Counted from the first letter of the stretch, positions 21,701 through 32,601 are shown. The stretch: DNA of 64,000 nucleotides from Lysobacterales bacterium (GCA_030065125.1 JASJDM010000030.1:10039-74038); one strand, 5' to 3'. The notes: generated by a model not told the origin, from the sequence alone. Made by a program: numbers and translations.

Positions 21701-22259
21701 GGCGCCAGGAGTTCTGGTCGTCCTGGCGGGATTCCGATCGCAACACGTACTCGCCACACTGCACCGGAGCGGGCAGGGTGAAAGCACGCACCCACTGCTC
21801 CGGGGTCGACAGCACCGGAAAGTCCAGGCTGGAGATTGATCCCGCGGCACCCGGGGCAGGTGTTGCCGGGCTGACCACCGCGGTGCCTGCGTCGTAAAGC
21901 TCAAAGGTGGTCGTGCCGCGGCCCGAGCCGTTGGGTTCATCCAGCGGCAGGTTGTTGGTGTTCATCTCCGGGCTGAAGATGTCGATATGCAGGTCTTCCG
22001 AGGCTGGCCAGCTGCAGGGCACGTAGATGCCCACGTAGTGGAAGCCGCCGCCAACGCCGTTGGCCGAGGAGGTATACCAGTCGCCCAGGCCGATGGCTGC
22101 GTCCGACGAGTTGGTCTGGATAAAGAACGGGTCGCCGGGTGGAGGAATCTCCACGGCACGGGCAGACACCGCCCAACCCACCAGGGCGGACAGCGCGAGA
22201 CACGACGCAATGTTATGCAGGCGTCTGATGATTGAAGACTTCCTTGAACTCAAGTCCAT
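12765..22259 (-). CDS. Giant secreted adhesin-peptidase: signal peptide, unknown N-domain, DUF11-type domains with inserted LamG and beta-sandwich domains, 10 SdrD B-like repeats, C-terminal C25 (gingipain-like) cysteine peptidase
   Basis: 3170-aa ORF (ATG 22259 preferred; TTG 22277 possible). Signal ...VGWAVSARA. DUF11 motifs (PGDPLTYSISFEN, LTDTLP); LamG (AVEAWV, LTHLLAV); ten IGDxVWxDxDGDG...DFGY repeats. C25 motifs ADYLVIT, FVLLVGGD, PDVAIGRFPVRT, NYFGHSG (His 13158-60), QWGCWN (Cys 13053-55), LLGDPAL. Confidence 0.9.
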   Translation of the reverse strand: MDLSSRKSSIIRRLHNIASCLALSALVGWAVSARAVEIPPPGDPFFIQTNSSDAAIGLGDWYTSSANGVGGGFHYVGIYVPCSWPASEDLHIDIFSPEMNTNNLPLDEPNGSGRGTTTFELYDAGTAVVSPATPAPGAAGSISSLDFPVLSTPEQWVRAFTLPAPVQCGEYVLRSESRQDDQNSWRLRVGLDNDADPNNPFPANWDDPDLVPGSDDELLVGLYQYSFQQDTGGVQCNTLYEFVPEGEPSIMFNNFDMDGNTRVTYYPPLSPVDPNGLIGGIAGTVSGGTTWNNNGTQTTRDGDIIDNPDAGWWAIVSCLSSNNQLAQDGQEDVPQFNQIPPIPVIELIKDDQVVAAAPGDPLTYSISFENISDDDLKPGAARNLVLTDTLPADLNYVSCQIDAPYTGTCSETGGVVTFNIDQTVLAGESGSVQLSVTIDPLASFPFTNTVRADYTDSWEVGSYNTTTTETTFSVLPLSVVKTPDVTEAPVGGVINYTYDVTNISPEPVILNQLVDDKIGMFSFPDQFPDAVALYDFSQGPDPLVIRDRSGFLTAQDLTIEDPSPVTYELDPERIDISGAATRISGDSSSTAKIAGECQAEGRLAVEAWVQAPGAFQSGPARIMTLSDGGNNDVFFSLYQDNDQFGFEISTTGGTTGTLTTGAASVSTDLTHLLAVVEESGAVTLYQDGIAVDTASLGATGGFSDWSTNYRFGFGNQLSTAVLPTDTTQDWQGKYYKAAVYCDTVRAEDALSLFELGSETDASGNRLLAPGETVTINASYTVQASDFPGSVINVAEVSGTTGDGEDFIVSDTAAVPVVMGPLSLVKTSSANAEVTPGETITYTLTLTNNDIVRHTGIRILDPLPLGTSYIANSTVVEGFRSVAVEYCDDFTTQSYGNTNNGSQPLCASTWGAGSPGGLGGDSWTEEERNGGPPFTVTTNGPTAGDVFIAGGELNFDRPDSDDGIEDFDALIREVNLAGLDSATVTFDFDFDGNTEACTPGTNGEDFGNVDDCLWVDVSNDGGSSYVELDTTPGGTLPVGGDPDNNNGTITVPIPAAFLTSSTLVRFRAAGFRGTESVSIDNVRIEGATTGPVTLDNDGVGTNELDDGDPANLVTTLDNLVLDPGQTMTVTFDVQVNDPLDSNILAIRNLASADSDQSVPTVAEVLDPVRPFGGQIGDSVWLDADGDGIFDLGEAGLPNVTVELVGPGPDGIFGNGDDVVLDSQQTDLNGGYLFANLPTGSYQTRVGVSTLPAGLQAGPASSNPAGPFLVTGTEQFLNADFGYVPQAGTAVVGDQVFSDADGDGIQDPGEPGIAGVTLELRNADTGAVIATTTTGPDGSYLFTGVPPGTYTVAVTDTGGALAGYSSTTGGNLSLPFTVNAGDTLTEVDFGYNNPFLATITDSIWFDPDGNGLRESTEEGIAGITVNLVDSSGNVVATTVTDPDGNITFSGVPDGDYQIVLSDLLGNLSGRGGTTTAARNRVTSVTVAGFDVDNDSFGFNQPGLIGDEVFSDANGNGVRDPGESLIPGVDVSLFRDNGDFVFDSTVDTPVNNAQTDGGGIYGFRGLPFGTYFTSLDPAQPALAGAVLTTGDSQGGANASGAQIDVVLSGGNGGVLTADYGFQNSALADISGNVFEDLDRDGVDDGAGEGGFPGVTIELYAAGPDGILGTADDLLIATAITDANGDYQFPDVPDGDFRVEVTDRDNVLGDYRLTSGLDNINVSVSAGNDITDLDFGYAPFRGSASLGDFVWLDADGDGVQEAGEPGIGGVTLQLFDAGPDGLAGTGDDLLFDTTVTDQLGNFDFKNLPAGRYFVDVADASVPAGLSLTTGLTDPSAVIALGAGDNVDTVDFGYRPDTATALIGDRVWIDADGDGVEDPGEAGLAGVTINLVGAGADGQLGTGDDLEVGAVTDGNGNYAFTGLPADDYFVTVDVSTLPAGFNTAPTNALETYQLTALSDTAYVLLDWGFQPLSPLGSIGDTVFLDSDGDGTQDAGEGGIGGVTVDLVEPGVDGVFGTADDVVSASAVTDGNGQYDFTGLGPGDYQVRLSDTGGVLSGLNPTATAPGTISLASGQDFNGADFGFSPASDQGSIGDQVFHDVNGNGVRETGESGIEGVTVELWLDVNNDNIITPGIDNLIRTETTDVNGEYEFGGVAQEDYLVRLAPADFGAGSVLEGTVPTAGTPGLNDNAQPSPLPLSITPANQNPLYADFGVTAPAAISLAGTVFEDISNDGVDNPGEPDVGGVAVVLYRDLDGDGLLDPDDPVFGMTVTDAGGDYLFDNLPPGDYILGTDATGSRLEGYFQTTQALTLGVQPAGSSVAGTAVTELDFGFYNGGVTTTPVTLAYFRAEVSGGGLSLRWGTATETGNVGFFIYGADGTGMRRLHSLVPSRVVDSTEWQQYSLELPGILNDQLWLSDIDIKGNETLHGPFELGRLYGDDRPPATIDWSSIRDSLERTQLEEVPLGLPGSADAVNLSVNQRGVVRVSYEQLESAGLPVNGASVDQLAVTLAGKPIPLRLSGNSFGPGEFIEFIGQPRDSLYSSDNVYRVLLDPGMAARMDTLESLATTPDAEASQTRSLVMDHNRQYSFASPNGDPWFLEDLFSFGGPDQAEFALDLSDRSSGGATLTVELWGVTDLAENPDHHVEVLVNGTQVAELFLDGLTPATIEASVAEGLLLDGDNTVTVRLPGDTGALFDLVNVESVALSYTTDLTIDGAGELDVNTAGDWRAEAPTPSPDTLFRATFEDLPDASFVVSGLTSSDVVAYAITETGPVWLPDATTSPDGAGYDLQVPGGLDARSYVISQADALVPVQPTPVVFDQSLDTESADYLVITHPAFTNGLSPLVDHHTRNGLSVKVVNVNDLYQRYGHGMVDPLAIKRYITVAAGHLGARFVLLVGGDSYDYQDYLGLGSLSFIPSVYGQVHEVVRYAPLDAVLADYTGDMVPDVAIGRFPVRTLQELDWMISKTLQYATKEYDLTAVFAADKAEPLTPFSAISDDIATELLQGWEITSAYLDEITPAQAQQQILSGIEAGAALTNYFGHSGFTEWGRTDRLLTSNDIDTLSNAGLPTVVNQWGCWNTYYVSPQADTLSHRFLVGGDYGAAAVLGPVSLTRLSSEQLLSNLSLPLVLTPGVTLGEAILQAKQTMAAAHPGREDVILGYALLGDPALVIQP
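15285..18750 (-). repeat. Ten tandem SdrD B-like (Cna-B/Ig) domain repeats, ~105-130 aa each
   Basis: Repeat starts QIGDSVWLD, VVGDQVFSD, TITDSIWFD, LIGDEVFSD, DISGNVFED, SLGDFVWLD, LIGDRVWID, SIGDTVFLD, SIGDQVFHD, SLAGTVFED; each ends in a D(F/W/Y)G(Y/F/V)-like motif. Confidence 0.85.
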
Positions 22260-22391
22260 ATTATTATCGGCCGGCAACGCATTAATTATAGGGGGATTTG
22301 CCTCTGGGACGCATTCCGGGCGATAAACAACTGTGAATTCTTGATGGCCGGTCGATGGATGGATTTTCCGGCCTGGGCGGATCTTTCCAGC

Positions 22392-22874
22392 TTATGGCTC
22401 AACACCATGCCGGCGGACACTCTGCTCCACGGCCTCCCAGGTCGCCAGAATGGGTTCAGTGGCAGCTTCGAACGCTTGGCTGTGTTGGCCACCCATTTTC
22501 TCGATCGCCGCCCAGATCTGGTGCAATTCCCCGCGCATGGAGTCGAATTCCCTGAAGAAGCGGACGCTGTCGGCCCAGGCATCCCGATGCTGGCGGAAAG
22601 CCTGGGTGAAATCGTCCGGACAATGGCTGAAGTCCAGCTGATCCAGCGCGTCTACATACTGGCGAATGCTGTCTGCCAGACTGACCGTCCTCGAGGCCTG
22701 GTTGCGCGTTGCGCCCAGTTTCCGGTCAAGGGAGAGGATGGCCCGGATGGCTTCGGCATGCGCGGAATCCTGGTCCGCAACCACCGGATTGTGCGCCAGC
22801 GCTATCCCCGCACCGCACCAGGCGGAAACAGAAACCGCCAGGGCAAGGGCAGGCAGGAGTCGGGAGTAGTCCAT
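22392..22874 (-). CDS. Secreted helical hypothetical protein
   Basis: Signal peptide ...GIALA-H; CPDDFTQAFRQHRDAW motif; TATAAT 7 nt before the ATG. Confidence 0.7.
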   Translation of the reverse strand: MDYSRLLPALALAVSVSAWCGAGIALAHNPVVADQDSAHAEAIRAILSLDRKLGATRNQASRTVSLADSIRQYVDALDQLDFSHCPDDFTQAFRQHRDAWADSVRFFREFDSMRGELHQIWAAIEKMGGQHSQAFEAATEPILATWEAVEQSVRRHGVEP

Positions 22875-22951
22875 GAGCCCGATTATAAGCGCACGGCAAT
22901 CGGCACAGCTGATGATCTACGATGCCAGGGCGTGGCTCGCTGATTCGCCCT

Positions 22952-23305
22952 TCAGGATTTCAGCCATCGCCGGGCCTCCTCGCGGTCATAGAAGATCCTG
23001 TACTCAGGGGCATCCCTGCCGGAGGATTCGCGGTAGGACCTAAACATGTTGCCCATGCCGAAGCCGACCTTGTCCGAATTGACCAGGGCCACCCGCGATC
23101 CCGGTTTGGGCTTCAGGGTGGGTGGTTTCCGCGCAACCTTTTTGACCTGATCCGACGTCACGTCCCAGGCAACCCTGAATTCATAGAGACGCAGGTGGCT
23201 GGTCAACTGCTTGAGCATCCTGAGAAATTCCTCGGCCGGAAACGGCTCAAACACTGTCACCTCGTCGATGCCATCGATGTGTTCAATGATGTATTTCGGT
23301 GACAT
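22952..23305 (-). CDS. SpoIIAA-like (STAS/SEC14-type) small protein
   Basis: SRVALVNSDKVGFGMGNMF...YRIFYDREEARRWL C-terminal pattern typical of this family. Confidence 0.7.
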   Translation of the reverse strand: MSPKYIIEHIDGIDEVTVFEPFPAEEFLRMLKQLTSHLRLYEFRVAWDVTSDQVKKVARKPPTLKPKPGSRVALVNSDKVGFGMGNMFRSYRESSGRDAPEYRIFYDREEARRWLKS

Positions 23306-23447
23306 GTCTCTGGTGTGGATGGATGATCGTTTTCGCCGAAGACCGATTATTATTGTTACCCCGTAGCGGGTGAAAAGCACGTGTCGGGCAAGCCTGCGAG
23401 AGGCCCGGGGGTGCGAGTCAGGGGTGAAAACCGGCACGCCGCGGCCG

Positions 23448-23484
23448 ATCGATTTTCTCTATCGTGACGATTCAATTTATTCAT
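23448..23484 (+). promoter_or_regulatory. OxyR-type binding site upstream of katG
   Basis: ATCG-N7-CTAT-N7-ATTC-N7-TCAT matches the spacing of the ATAG-N7-CTAT-N7-ATAG-N7-CTAT consensus; ~105 nt upstream of katG. Confidence 0.7.
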
Positions 23485-23531
23485 TTCACAGCCCGCGTCG
23501 CCTCCGCTAAGGTTTGTGTCACTCCCGCTGA

Positions 23532-25817
<2,286 letters not shown>

Positions 25818-25842
25818 TCGCCAAAGCCCCAGGGCAGAACCC

Positions 25843-25879
25843 AAACGGCGGCGTGGATGTCACGCCGCCGTTTCTTTTT
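25843..25879 (+). terminator. Rho-independent terminator after katG
   Basis: AAACGGCGGCGTG-gatgt-CACGCCGCCGTTT followed by CTTTTT. Confidence 0.85.
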
Positions 25880-25904
25880 GCAGCAGGCTGTTCGGTTGAC
25901 GGGA

Positions 25905-26843
25905 TCAGTTAAAGTCTGGGTTCTTCCAACCGAGGGGTGCCCGTAGCTCTTCAGCCGGCTGCAGTCGGGATACGTAGTCCATCAGCGCGCTGACGTCGCG
26001 CTCGTCGAAGCCCTGAATCCGGGATACCATTTTGGCGTTGGCGTTGCCGCGTTTTCCATCCCGGATCCACTCGAACTGGCGCACCAGGTAGCGGAAATGC
26101 TGGGCCTGGATGCGGGGCATCAGTTCTTCATTGCCGCCTTCGCCCGTGGCGCCATGGCAGCTCGCGCAGTACTCGGTGTACAGCGACTCTCCGTGCTGGA
26201 GGTTGTCGCCCGGGCCCTTGCCGTTGTCGACGCTGATCTCCAGGCTCTCGATGTAGGCGGCTACGTCAGCCATGGCCTGGGCGCCGCCAATGTTTTCCGA
26301 GGCGGCGTAGGGAATCATGACCACGGATTCGCGGTGGCCGGCCCGGATGTCAGCCAGCTGACGGATGATGACTTTTCGGTGCTGGCCGGCGATCTGGGGC
26401 ACGCTGCCGGTCTTGCGGCCCCAGCCCTCAGCATTGTGGCAGGCCGCGCATTCACGGTAGATCTCCAGGCCGCTGGTGGCGTCCGGCGTCAGCGTCATGG
26501 CCTTTTTGTATTCCCTGTCCGCCTTGGATTTCAGCTGCCCCTGAGAAACCTGCACGATCTCCTCGGCGCTCATATCGTCGGGTATTTCCAGCGCGTCAAA
26601 GCAGAACTTCAGGGCGCGGCGGGCTCGGGTCTCCATGCCCATGTGATAGAGCTTGACGGCGTAGCCCTGCTGTTGACGGCAGGAGTCCAGGGTATTGGGC
26701 AGGGCCCGACCAGGGTTGGTGCGCAGGGCTTCTTCGACCCGTTCAAGTTCGTCCTCGAAACTGCGTTCCTCTTCGGCATTGACCACGGCGCAGACGGACA
26801 GCAGCACCAGAATGGTGATGGATGACCTGAGGATTGAACCCAT
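25905..26843 (-). CDS. Diheme c-type cytochrome (c4/c553-like) with N-terminal helical extension
   Basis: Signal peptide, CAACH and CASCH heme motifs, PQIAGQH / PRIQAQHFRYLVRQ, candidate distal Met in each domain. Confidence 0.85.
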   Translation of the reverse strand: MGSILRSSITILVLLSVCAVVNAEEERSFEDELERVEEALRTNPGRALPNTLDSCRQQQGYAVKLYHMGMETRARRALKFCFDALEIPDDMSAEEIVQVSQGQLKSKADREYKKAMTLTPDATSGLEIYRECAACHNAEGWGRKTGSVPQIAGQHRKVIIRQLADIRAGHRESVVMIPYAASENIGGAQAMADVAAYIESLEISVDNGKGPGDNLQHGESLYTEYCASCHGATGEGGNEELMPRIQAQHFRYLVRQFEWIRDGKRGNANAKMVSRIQGFDERDVSALMDYVSRLQPAEELRAPLGWKNPDFN

Positions 26844-26943
26844 CGCTGTTCCCTCTACCGCCTTGTTTTTACTGATCTTACGCCGATTGGACGGACCCGG
26901 GCGATAAGGAGATACCACCAGTGGCTGCGGTATCCCGGGATGA

Positions 26944-28149
26944 TCAGCCGTCTGGCCAGGGATCTCCGGCGGCGGTGGAAACTCCGACTGACGCGGCGCT
27001 GGCACGGGCGTTTTCCCGGGCCTGTTCAATGGTTTCGGCCCGGGCCAGACTCACGCCCATGCGCCGCCGCCCTTTCACTTCCGGCTTGCCGAACAGGCGC
27101 AGGTCCGTGTCGGCCCGGGCCAGGGCCTGGTCGAGGCCGGAAAACACGGGGGCCTGTCCGTCACCCTCCACCAGGATCACCGCCGACGCTGCCGGGCCGA
27201 GCTGGCGGATGGCGGGGACCGGGAGACCCAGTATGGCGCGCACGTGGAGGGCGAACTCGGACAAGTCCTGGGATATCAGCGTGACCAGGCCGGTATCGTG
27301 GGGCCTGGGCGACACTTCGGAAAACAGGACGTCGTCGCCCCGGATGAACAGCTCCACGCCGAACAGGCCCCGACCCCCAAGTGCTTCGGTAATGGTCCGG
27401 GCGATCTCTTCAGCCCGGGCCGCTGCGGCGTCGGTCATGGGCTGTGGCTGCCAGGATTCCCGGTAGTCGCCCAGTTCCTGGCGGTGCCCAATGGGCGCAC
27501 AAAAGCTGGTGCCGTCCCGGTGGCGGATGGTCAGCAGGGTGATCTCGTAGTCAAACGCCACGAACCCCTCGACGATGCAGCGACCGGCGCCAGCGCGCCC
27601 GCCGCTCTGGGCATACTCCCAGGCGGTATGAACCTGGTCTTCGCTGCGCACGGTGGACTGTCCCTTGCCCGAGGAGCTCATCACCGGCTTGATCACAAAG
27701 GGCAAACCGAGTGCTTCAACCGCGGCCAGGTATTCTTCCTCGGTATCCACAAACCGGTACGGAGAGGTGGGCAGCTGCAGTTGTTCGGCGGCCAGCCGCC
27801 GGATGCCCTCCCGATCCATGGTCAGCCGGGTTGTCCGGGCGGTGGGAATCACGGTGTGGCCTTCCTGTTCCAGCTCCAGCAGGGTGGGGGTGTGGATGGC
27901 CTCGATTTCGGGCACGATGAGGTCCGGTTTCTCGCTCTCGATCACCTCGCGCAGTGCGCTGGGGTCCAGCATGTCGATGACGTGGTGGCGATGGGCCACC
28001 TGCATGGCGGGCGCTGCTGCGTACCGGTCCACGGCAATGACCTCAACTCCCAGGCGTTGCGCCTCGATGACCACTTCTTTGCCCAGCTCTCCCGCTCCCA
28101 GCAGCAGCAGGCGGACAGCACCCGACGATCCAGGGGTTCCAATGTTCAT
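26944..28149 (-). CDS. purT: Formate-dependent phosphoribosylglycinamide formyltransferase
   Basis: [68 protein letters not shown]...RRMGV. The real start is MNIGTPG at 28149. Confidence 0.97.
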   Translation of the reverse strand: MNIGTPGSSGAVRLLLLGAGELGKEVVIEAQRLGVEVIAVDRYAAAPAMQVAHRHHVIDMLDPSALREVIESEKPDLIVPEIEAIHTPTLLELEQEGHTVIPTARTTRLTMDREGIRRLAAEQLQLPTSPYRFVDTEEEYLAAVEALGLPFVIKPVMSSSGKGQSTVRSEDQVHTAWEYAQSGGRAGAGRCIVEGFVAFDYEITLLTIRHRDGTSFCAPIGHRQELGDYRESWQPQPMTDAAAARAEEIARTITEALGGRGLFGVELFIRGDDVLFSEVSPRPHDTGLVTLISQDLSEFALHVRAILGLPVPAIRQLGPAASAVILVEGDGQAPVFSGLDQALARADTDLRLFGKPEVKGRRRMGVSLARAETIEQARENARASAASVGVSTAAGDPWPDG

Positions 28150-28309
28150 TCGCTTTTTTCCGTGTTCGAGTTGGCGGTTGAGCCGCGTATTTTGCCGGGC
28201 GTCTGCAACAAGTTCACCTTGGATGTGATACAACTCATGGAGTTTTGCACTGAAAGGGCCAAGACGGTGGCCGTCCGTGCCCACGATTACTGCCGTACCC
28301 CGCGCTTCA

Positions 28310-29461
28310 ATGACCACTGAAACAAAACCTAACAAGGCAAGACAATGGCTGACCGTAATCCTGATCTGCGCCGCCACCGTGGGCCTGCTGGGTTTCGTCA
28401 AGTTCAGCCAGATCAGTTCCGCCATTGCCTTTGCCGAGTCCTTTCCTGAGCCTTCCGAGACCGTGACGGCCGCGGCCGCGGAGGAGACCGTATTTGTGCC
28501 TCGCGCCCGGGTGGTCGGCGAGGTCGTTCCCCTGCGGTCGGTTCTGATCAGCAATGAGCTGGCCGGTTCCATTGTCCAGGTCGGCTTTGAGCCCGGCGCA
28601 TCGGTGGCGGCGGGACAGCTGCTGCTGCAGCTGGATATCTCCGAGGAACAGGCGCTGCTGGCGGCCGCCCGGGCCCGGGTGGCGCTGGCCGAGCGGACCC
28701 TTGCCAGGAACGAAAGCCTGGTCAATCGCAGCGCCGCCTCTCAGCAGGCCCAGGACACCGCGCTGGCGGACCGGGACGTGGCGCTGGCTGAGACCGCCAG
28801 GATCCAGGCCGTCATCGACAAGAAAACCCTCCGCGCCCCGTTTGACGCCCGCGCCGGACTTGAGCGATGGGAAGTGAGCGGCTATCTGCCAGCAGCAACG
28901 CCGGTGACGACACTCGTCGGCAGGGGCCCGGAAGTATGGGTGGACTTTTCACTACCCCAGCAGGACGCGGAACTGGCTGACGGCGACCCGGTTCGAATCC
29001 AGGCCGAGGGCAATCGGATGCTGCAGGCCCGCGTGATTGCACGGTCCCCGGGCGTGGACCCGGCCTCCCGCTCGGTGACCTACCGGGCGGCGGTGGAAGA
29101 CCAGCGGCTGGCCTCGCTGCCCGGGGCCATCGTTTCGGTATGGGTTGCCGTGGGTCCGCCCCAACCCGCCCTGGCGGTGCCGGCAGTGGCGCTGCGCCAG
29201 GATACCTTCGGACGGCACGTATTCACCCTTGCCGAGGCTGAGCCAGCTGCCGACGCCCGCTATCGGGCCGTGCGACGGCCGGTGCGGTTGCTGCATCGGG
29301 AGGCCGAGACGGCTTACCTGGCCCTGGACCTCAAACCGGGTGAGCAGGTTGTTGCGGATGGCGCCTTCAAGCTGCGCGACGGGATTCTGGTCAACCTGGA
29401 TGACCGCCGGCGCATCGCGGCGGATGCCCCCGCCAGCGGGCCAGAGGCCGGCCGACAGTAG
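28310..29461 (+). CDS. RND efflux periplasmic adaptor (membrane fusion protein)
   Basis: N-terminal [29 protein letters not shown] lipoyl half-motif, [25 protein letters not shown]. Confidence 0.9.
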   Translation: MTTETKPNKARQWLTVILICAATVGLLGFVKFSQISSAIAFAESFPEPSETVTAAAAEETVFVPRARVVGEVVPLRSVLISNELAGSIVQVGFEPGASVAAGQLLLQLDISEEQALLAAARARVALAERTLARNESLVNRSAASQQAQDTALADRDVALAETARIQAVIDKKTLRAPFDARAGLERWEVSGYLPAATPVTTLVGRGPEVWVDFSLPQQDAELADGDPVRIQAEGNRMLQARVIARSPGVDPASRSVTYRAAVEDQRLASLPGAIVSVWVAVGPPQPALAVPAVALRQDTFGRHVFTLAEAEPAADARYRAVRRPVRLLHREAETAYLALDLKPGEQVVADGAFKLRDGILVNLDDRRRIAADAPASGPEAGRQ

Positions 29462-29475
29462 GCCGTGTAACATCC

Positions 29476-32400
29476 GTGAACCAGGACCCTGCGTCGGACA
29501 TCCTCGCTACTGCTGCGGCCCGGCGGCCCCGGGTCACCGACATATTCGTACAGCGGCCGGTGGTCTCCCTGGTGCTGTGCGTGGCGCTGCTGTTGTTCGG
29601 TGCGCGCGCGGCCGTGGACCTGCCGGTACAGCAATACCCAAAGATAGAAAGCGCCTCTCTGGAAATCGTTACGCCTTACGTTGGCGCGTCGGCTGAGATT
29701 GTCCAGGGGTTCATCACCGAGCCCATCGAGCGCGTGGCATCATCCATGCCCGGGATCGACTACATCGATTCCATCACCACCTCGGGGTTGAGCACCGTGC
29801 GGGTGTGGCTGAATATGAATGAAGACAGCAGCAGCGCCCTGGCCGAACTGACGGCGCGGCTGAACCAGATTGCCTTCGAGCTGCCGGCCGGGGCGCAGGA
29901 TCCGGCGGTGACCGTCGTCCGCGCGGACCGGCCTTACGCCGCGATCTACCTGGACGTGGTGATCCGTCCGCCGTTCACCCGAGCGTCCATTACCGACTAC
30001 CTGACTCGCGAGATCAATCCCCAGCTTTCCGCGATTCCAGGTGTCCAGCGCATCGGCCTGGAGGGTGGCCGCCAGCCGGCCATGCGGGTATGGCTCGATC
30101 CGGAGCGGCTGGCCCAGTTCGATCTAAGTACGCTGGATGTCCAGCAGGCCATGACTCGCAATAATGTCATCTCCACCCTCGGGCGCAGCGAAAGCCGGGA
30201 TCAGCGCATCAACCTGTTGTCCAACACGGCTCTGAAAAGCGAGGAAGATTTCCGCTCCATGGTGGTGCGGGACCGGGACGGGGTTCAGGTCCGACTGGGC
30301 CAGGTGGCGCGCATCGAGCGTGGCGAGCAGGAGGGCACCACGGTTGCCCGGGTGACCGAGTCCGATACCGTTTTCATCTCGGTCTGGCCGCTGCCCGGGG
30401 CCAACGAGATCGAAATTGGTGACGCCCTGTACCAGGTACTGGACGAGTTGGAAGGCCGGCTGCCGGAGGGTATTTCCATTGGCATGGGCTACGACGGCAC
30501 CCTGTACATGCGCGATGCCTTGCGGGAAATCTTCATCACCCTGGGTGAGACTATCCTGCTGGTCGGGCTGGTGGTGGTGCTGTTCATGGGCTCGCCACGG
30601 ACCGCCCTGGTGCCGCTGATCGCGATCCCTATCTCCTTGCTGGGCGCCATGGCCGCCATGTCGTTGTTCGGGTTTTCCCTGAACCTGCTGACGGTTCTGG
30701 CCATCGTACTGTCGGTGGGCCTGGTGGTGGACGACGCCATCGTGGTGGTGGAAAACGTGGCCCGCTACATGCGCGAAGGCCGACCCAGCCGGGACGCCGC
30801 CCTGGCCAGCTCCCGCCAGCTGCTGACGCCCATCATCGGTATGACGCTGACCCTGGCCGCGGTGTATGCACCCATCGGTTTCGTATCCGGTCTGACCGGC
30901 GTGCTGTTCCGGGAATTTGCGTTTGCCCTGGCCACGGCGGTGCTGGTGTCTGGAGTGGTGGCCATCACCCTGTCCCCCATCATGAGCGCATCGCTGGTTC
31001 CGCCAGGGGGCAGCGAAGGGACATTCACCCGCCGGGTAAATGCCGCGTTTCAGCGTCTCCAGGACGCTTACACCCGCGCCCTGGACGCGACCCTTGACGC
31101 TCGCGGTCCGATTATTGCGCTGGCCGTATTCTTTACCCTGCTGGTCATTCCTTTTTACCTGTTTTCCCAGAAGGAGCTGGCGCCGACTGAGGACCAGAGC
31201 TCCATCGAGGTGGTCATCGAGTCAGCGCCGGAGGCGTCGCTGCCGTATACCCTGAGCTATACCCGTGACGCGGTGAAAACTCTGGGCGAGCTGCCGGGCG
31301 CCGAGGATATGTGGCACATCATGAACCCCGAAGGCGGCTTTGGCGGCCAGATTCTCACTGACCCGGGAGAGCGTGATGAATCGGTGTTTGACCTGCTGCA
31401 AACCGCTTTCCATCGGCTGTCGCAAATCACCGGCATCAAGCCGTTCCCTTTCCTGGCCTCTGCCCTGCCGACCGCAGGCAACTTTGACGTAGAGCTGGTG
31501 GTCCGCTCCCCGGAGGAGCCCGCTGACATGCTCCCCGTGGCCCAGGCCATGGTGGATGCCGCCGTAGCCAGCGGCCGGTTCCTGTATGCCCAGACCGACC
31601 TGAAGATCGACCTGCCGGAGGCGCGTCTGATCTTCGACCGGGAGCGGATCAGCGACCTGGGTCTGGATCTGGCCTCGGTCAGCGACCAGCTGGGGCTGTT
31701 GATGTCGGGCGACTACGTTAACCGGTTCGATGACAACGGTCGGGCATTCCAGGTTGTGCCGATGCTGGAGCTGAGCGATCGAGCCGAGCCCGCGGCCATG
31801 CTCAACCTGAACATCAGGACCTCCGCCGGAGATCTGGTGCCGGTACGGTCAATCGCCGCCATCGAGGATCGCGTTGCGCCCCGGGCGCTGACCCGGTTTG
31901 AGCAGAGCAATTCATTCCGGATCTACGGCGCCGCCATGCCTGGATCAACCAAGGAGCAGGCCCTGTCCGCGCTGGAACGGGCCGCCGCGGATATTCTGCC
32001 GGCCAGCTTCAACGTCGACTATGCCGGCGAGTCCCGCCAGCTGCGCAAGGAAGGCAACACCATGTTCGGAGTGCTGGTGATTTCGCTGGTGACGGTCTTC
32101 CTGGTGCTGGCGCTGCAGTTCAACAGCCTGCGCGACCCTATGGTGGTCCTGGTGGGCTCGGTACCCCTGGCCCTCAGCGGCGCCATGGTGGTGTGTTTCC
32201 TCGATCTGACCACCATCAATATCTACGCCCAGGTGGGGCTGATCACCCTGGTGGGCCTGGTGTCCAAGAATGCCATCCTGGTGGTGGAGTTTGCCGGCCA
32301 GATGCGGGAGGAGGGTTATTCCCGGCTGGATGCCATCCGGGCATCAGCGGTGACGCGGCTGCGCCCTGTGCTGATGACTACCGGCGCTACCGTGCTGGGT

Positions 32401-32601
32401 CATTTTCCGCTGGTGCTGGTCACCGGCGCCGGTGCCGAAGCCCGCAACTCCATTGGACTGATCCTGGTCATCGGCATGCTGATAGGCACACTGTTCACCC
32501 TGTTCGTGCTGCCCCAGGTTTACCTGTTGCTGGCCGCGCCGGACAGTGCAAGGGACGACACGCCTGCTGCGCGCGGCACTGAGGCGCTCGCCCCGGTCTG
32601 A
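29476..32601 (+). CDS. RND efflux permease (AcrB/MexI-MexW type)
   Basis: DIFVQRPVVSLV, GLVVDDAIVVVENV, LFREFAFALA, SKNAILVVEFA, RLRPVLMTT; 1041 aa. Confidence 0.95.
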   Translation: MNQDPASDILATAAARRPRVTDIFVQRPVVSLVLCVALLLFGARAAVDLPVQQYPKIESASLEIVTPYVGASAEIVQGFITEPIERVASSMPGIDYIDSITTSGLSTVRVWLNMNEDSSSALAELTARLNQIAFELPAGAQDPAVTVVRADRPYAAIYLDVVIRPPFTRASITDYLTREINPQLSAIPGVQRIGLEGGRQPAMRVWLDPERLAQFDLSTLDVQQAMTRNNVISTLGRSESRDQRINLLSNTALKSEEDFRSMVVRDRDGVQVRLGQVARIERGEQEGTTVARVTESDTVFISVWPLPGANEIEIGDALYQVLDELEGRLPEGISIGMGYDGTLYMRDALREIFITLGETILLVGLVVVLFMGSPRTALVPLIAIPISLLGAMAAMSLFGFSLNLLTVLAIVLSVGLVVDDAIVVVENVARYMREGRPSRDAALASSRQLLTPIIGMTLTLAAVYAPIGFVSGLTGVLFREFAFALATAVLVSGVVAITLSPIMSASLVPPGGSEGTFTRRVNAAFQRLQDAYTRALDATLDARGPIIALAVFFTLLVIPFYLFSQKELAPTEDQSSIEVVIESAPEASLPYTLSYTRDAVKTLGELPGAEDMWHIMNPEGGFGGQILTDPGERDESVFDLLQTAFHRLSQITGIKPFPFLASALPTAGNFDVELVVRSPEEPADMLPVAQAMVDAAVASGRFLYAQTDLKIDLPEARLIFDRERISDLGLDLASVSDQLGLLMSGDYVNRFDDNGRAFQVVPMLELSDRAEPAAMLNLNIRTSAGDLVPVRSIAAIEDRVAPRALTRFEQSNSFRIYGAAMPGSTKEQALSALERAAADILPASFNVDYAGESRQLRKEGNTMFGVLVISLVTVFLVLALQFNSLRDPMVVLVGSVPLALSGAMVVCFLDLTTINIYAQVGLITLVGLVSKNAILVVEFAGQMREEGYSRLDAIRASAVTRLRPVLMTTGATVLGHFPLVLVTGAGAEARNSIGLILVIGMLIGTLFTLFVLPQVYLLLAAPDSARDDTPAARGTEALAPV

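Noticed and set aside
28150-28725. 191-aa N-terminal extension of the purT ORF in the ORF track
   Set aside because: It overlaps the divergent RND adaptor gene; PurT homology starts at MNIGTPG (28149).
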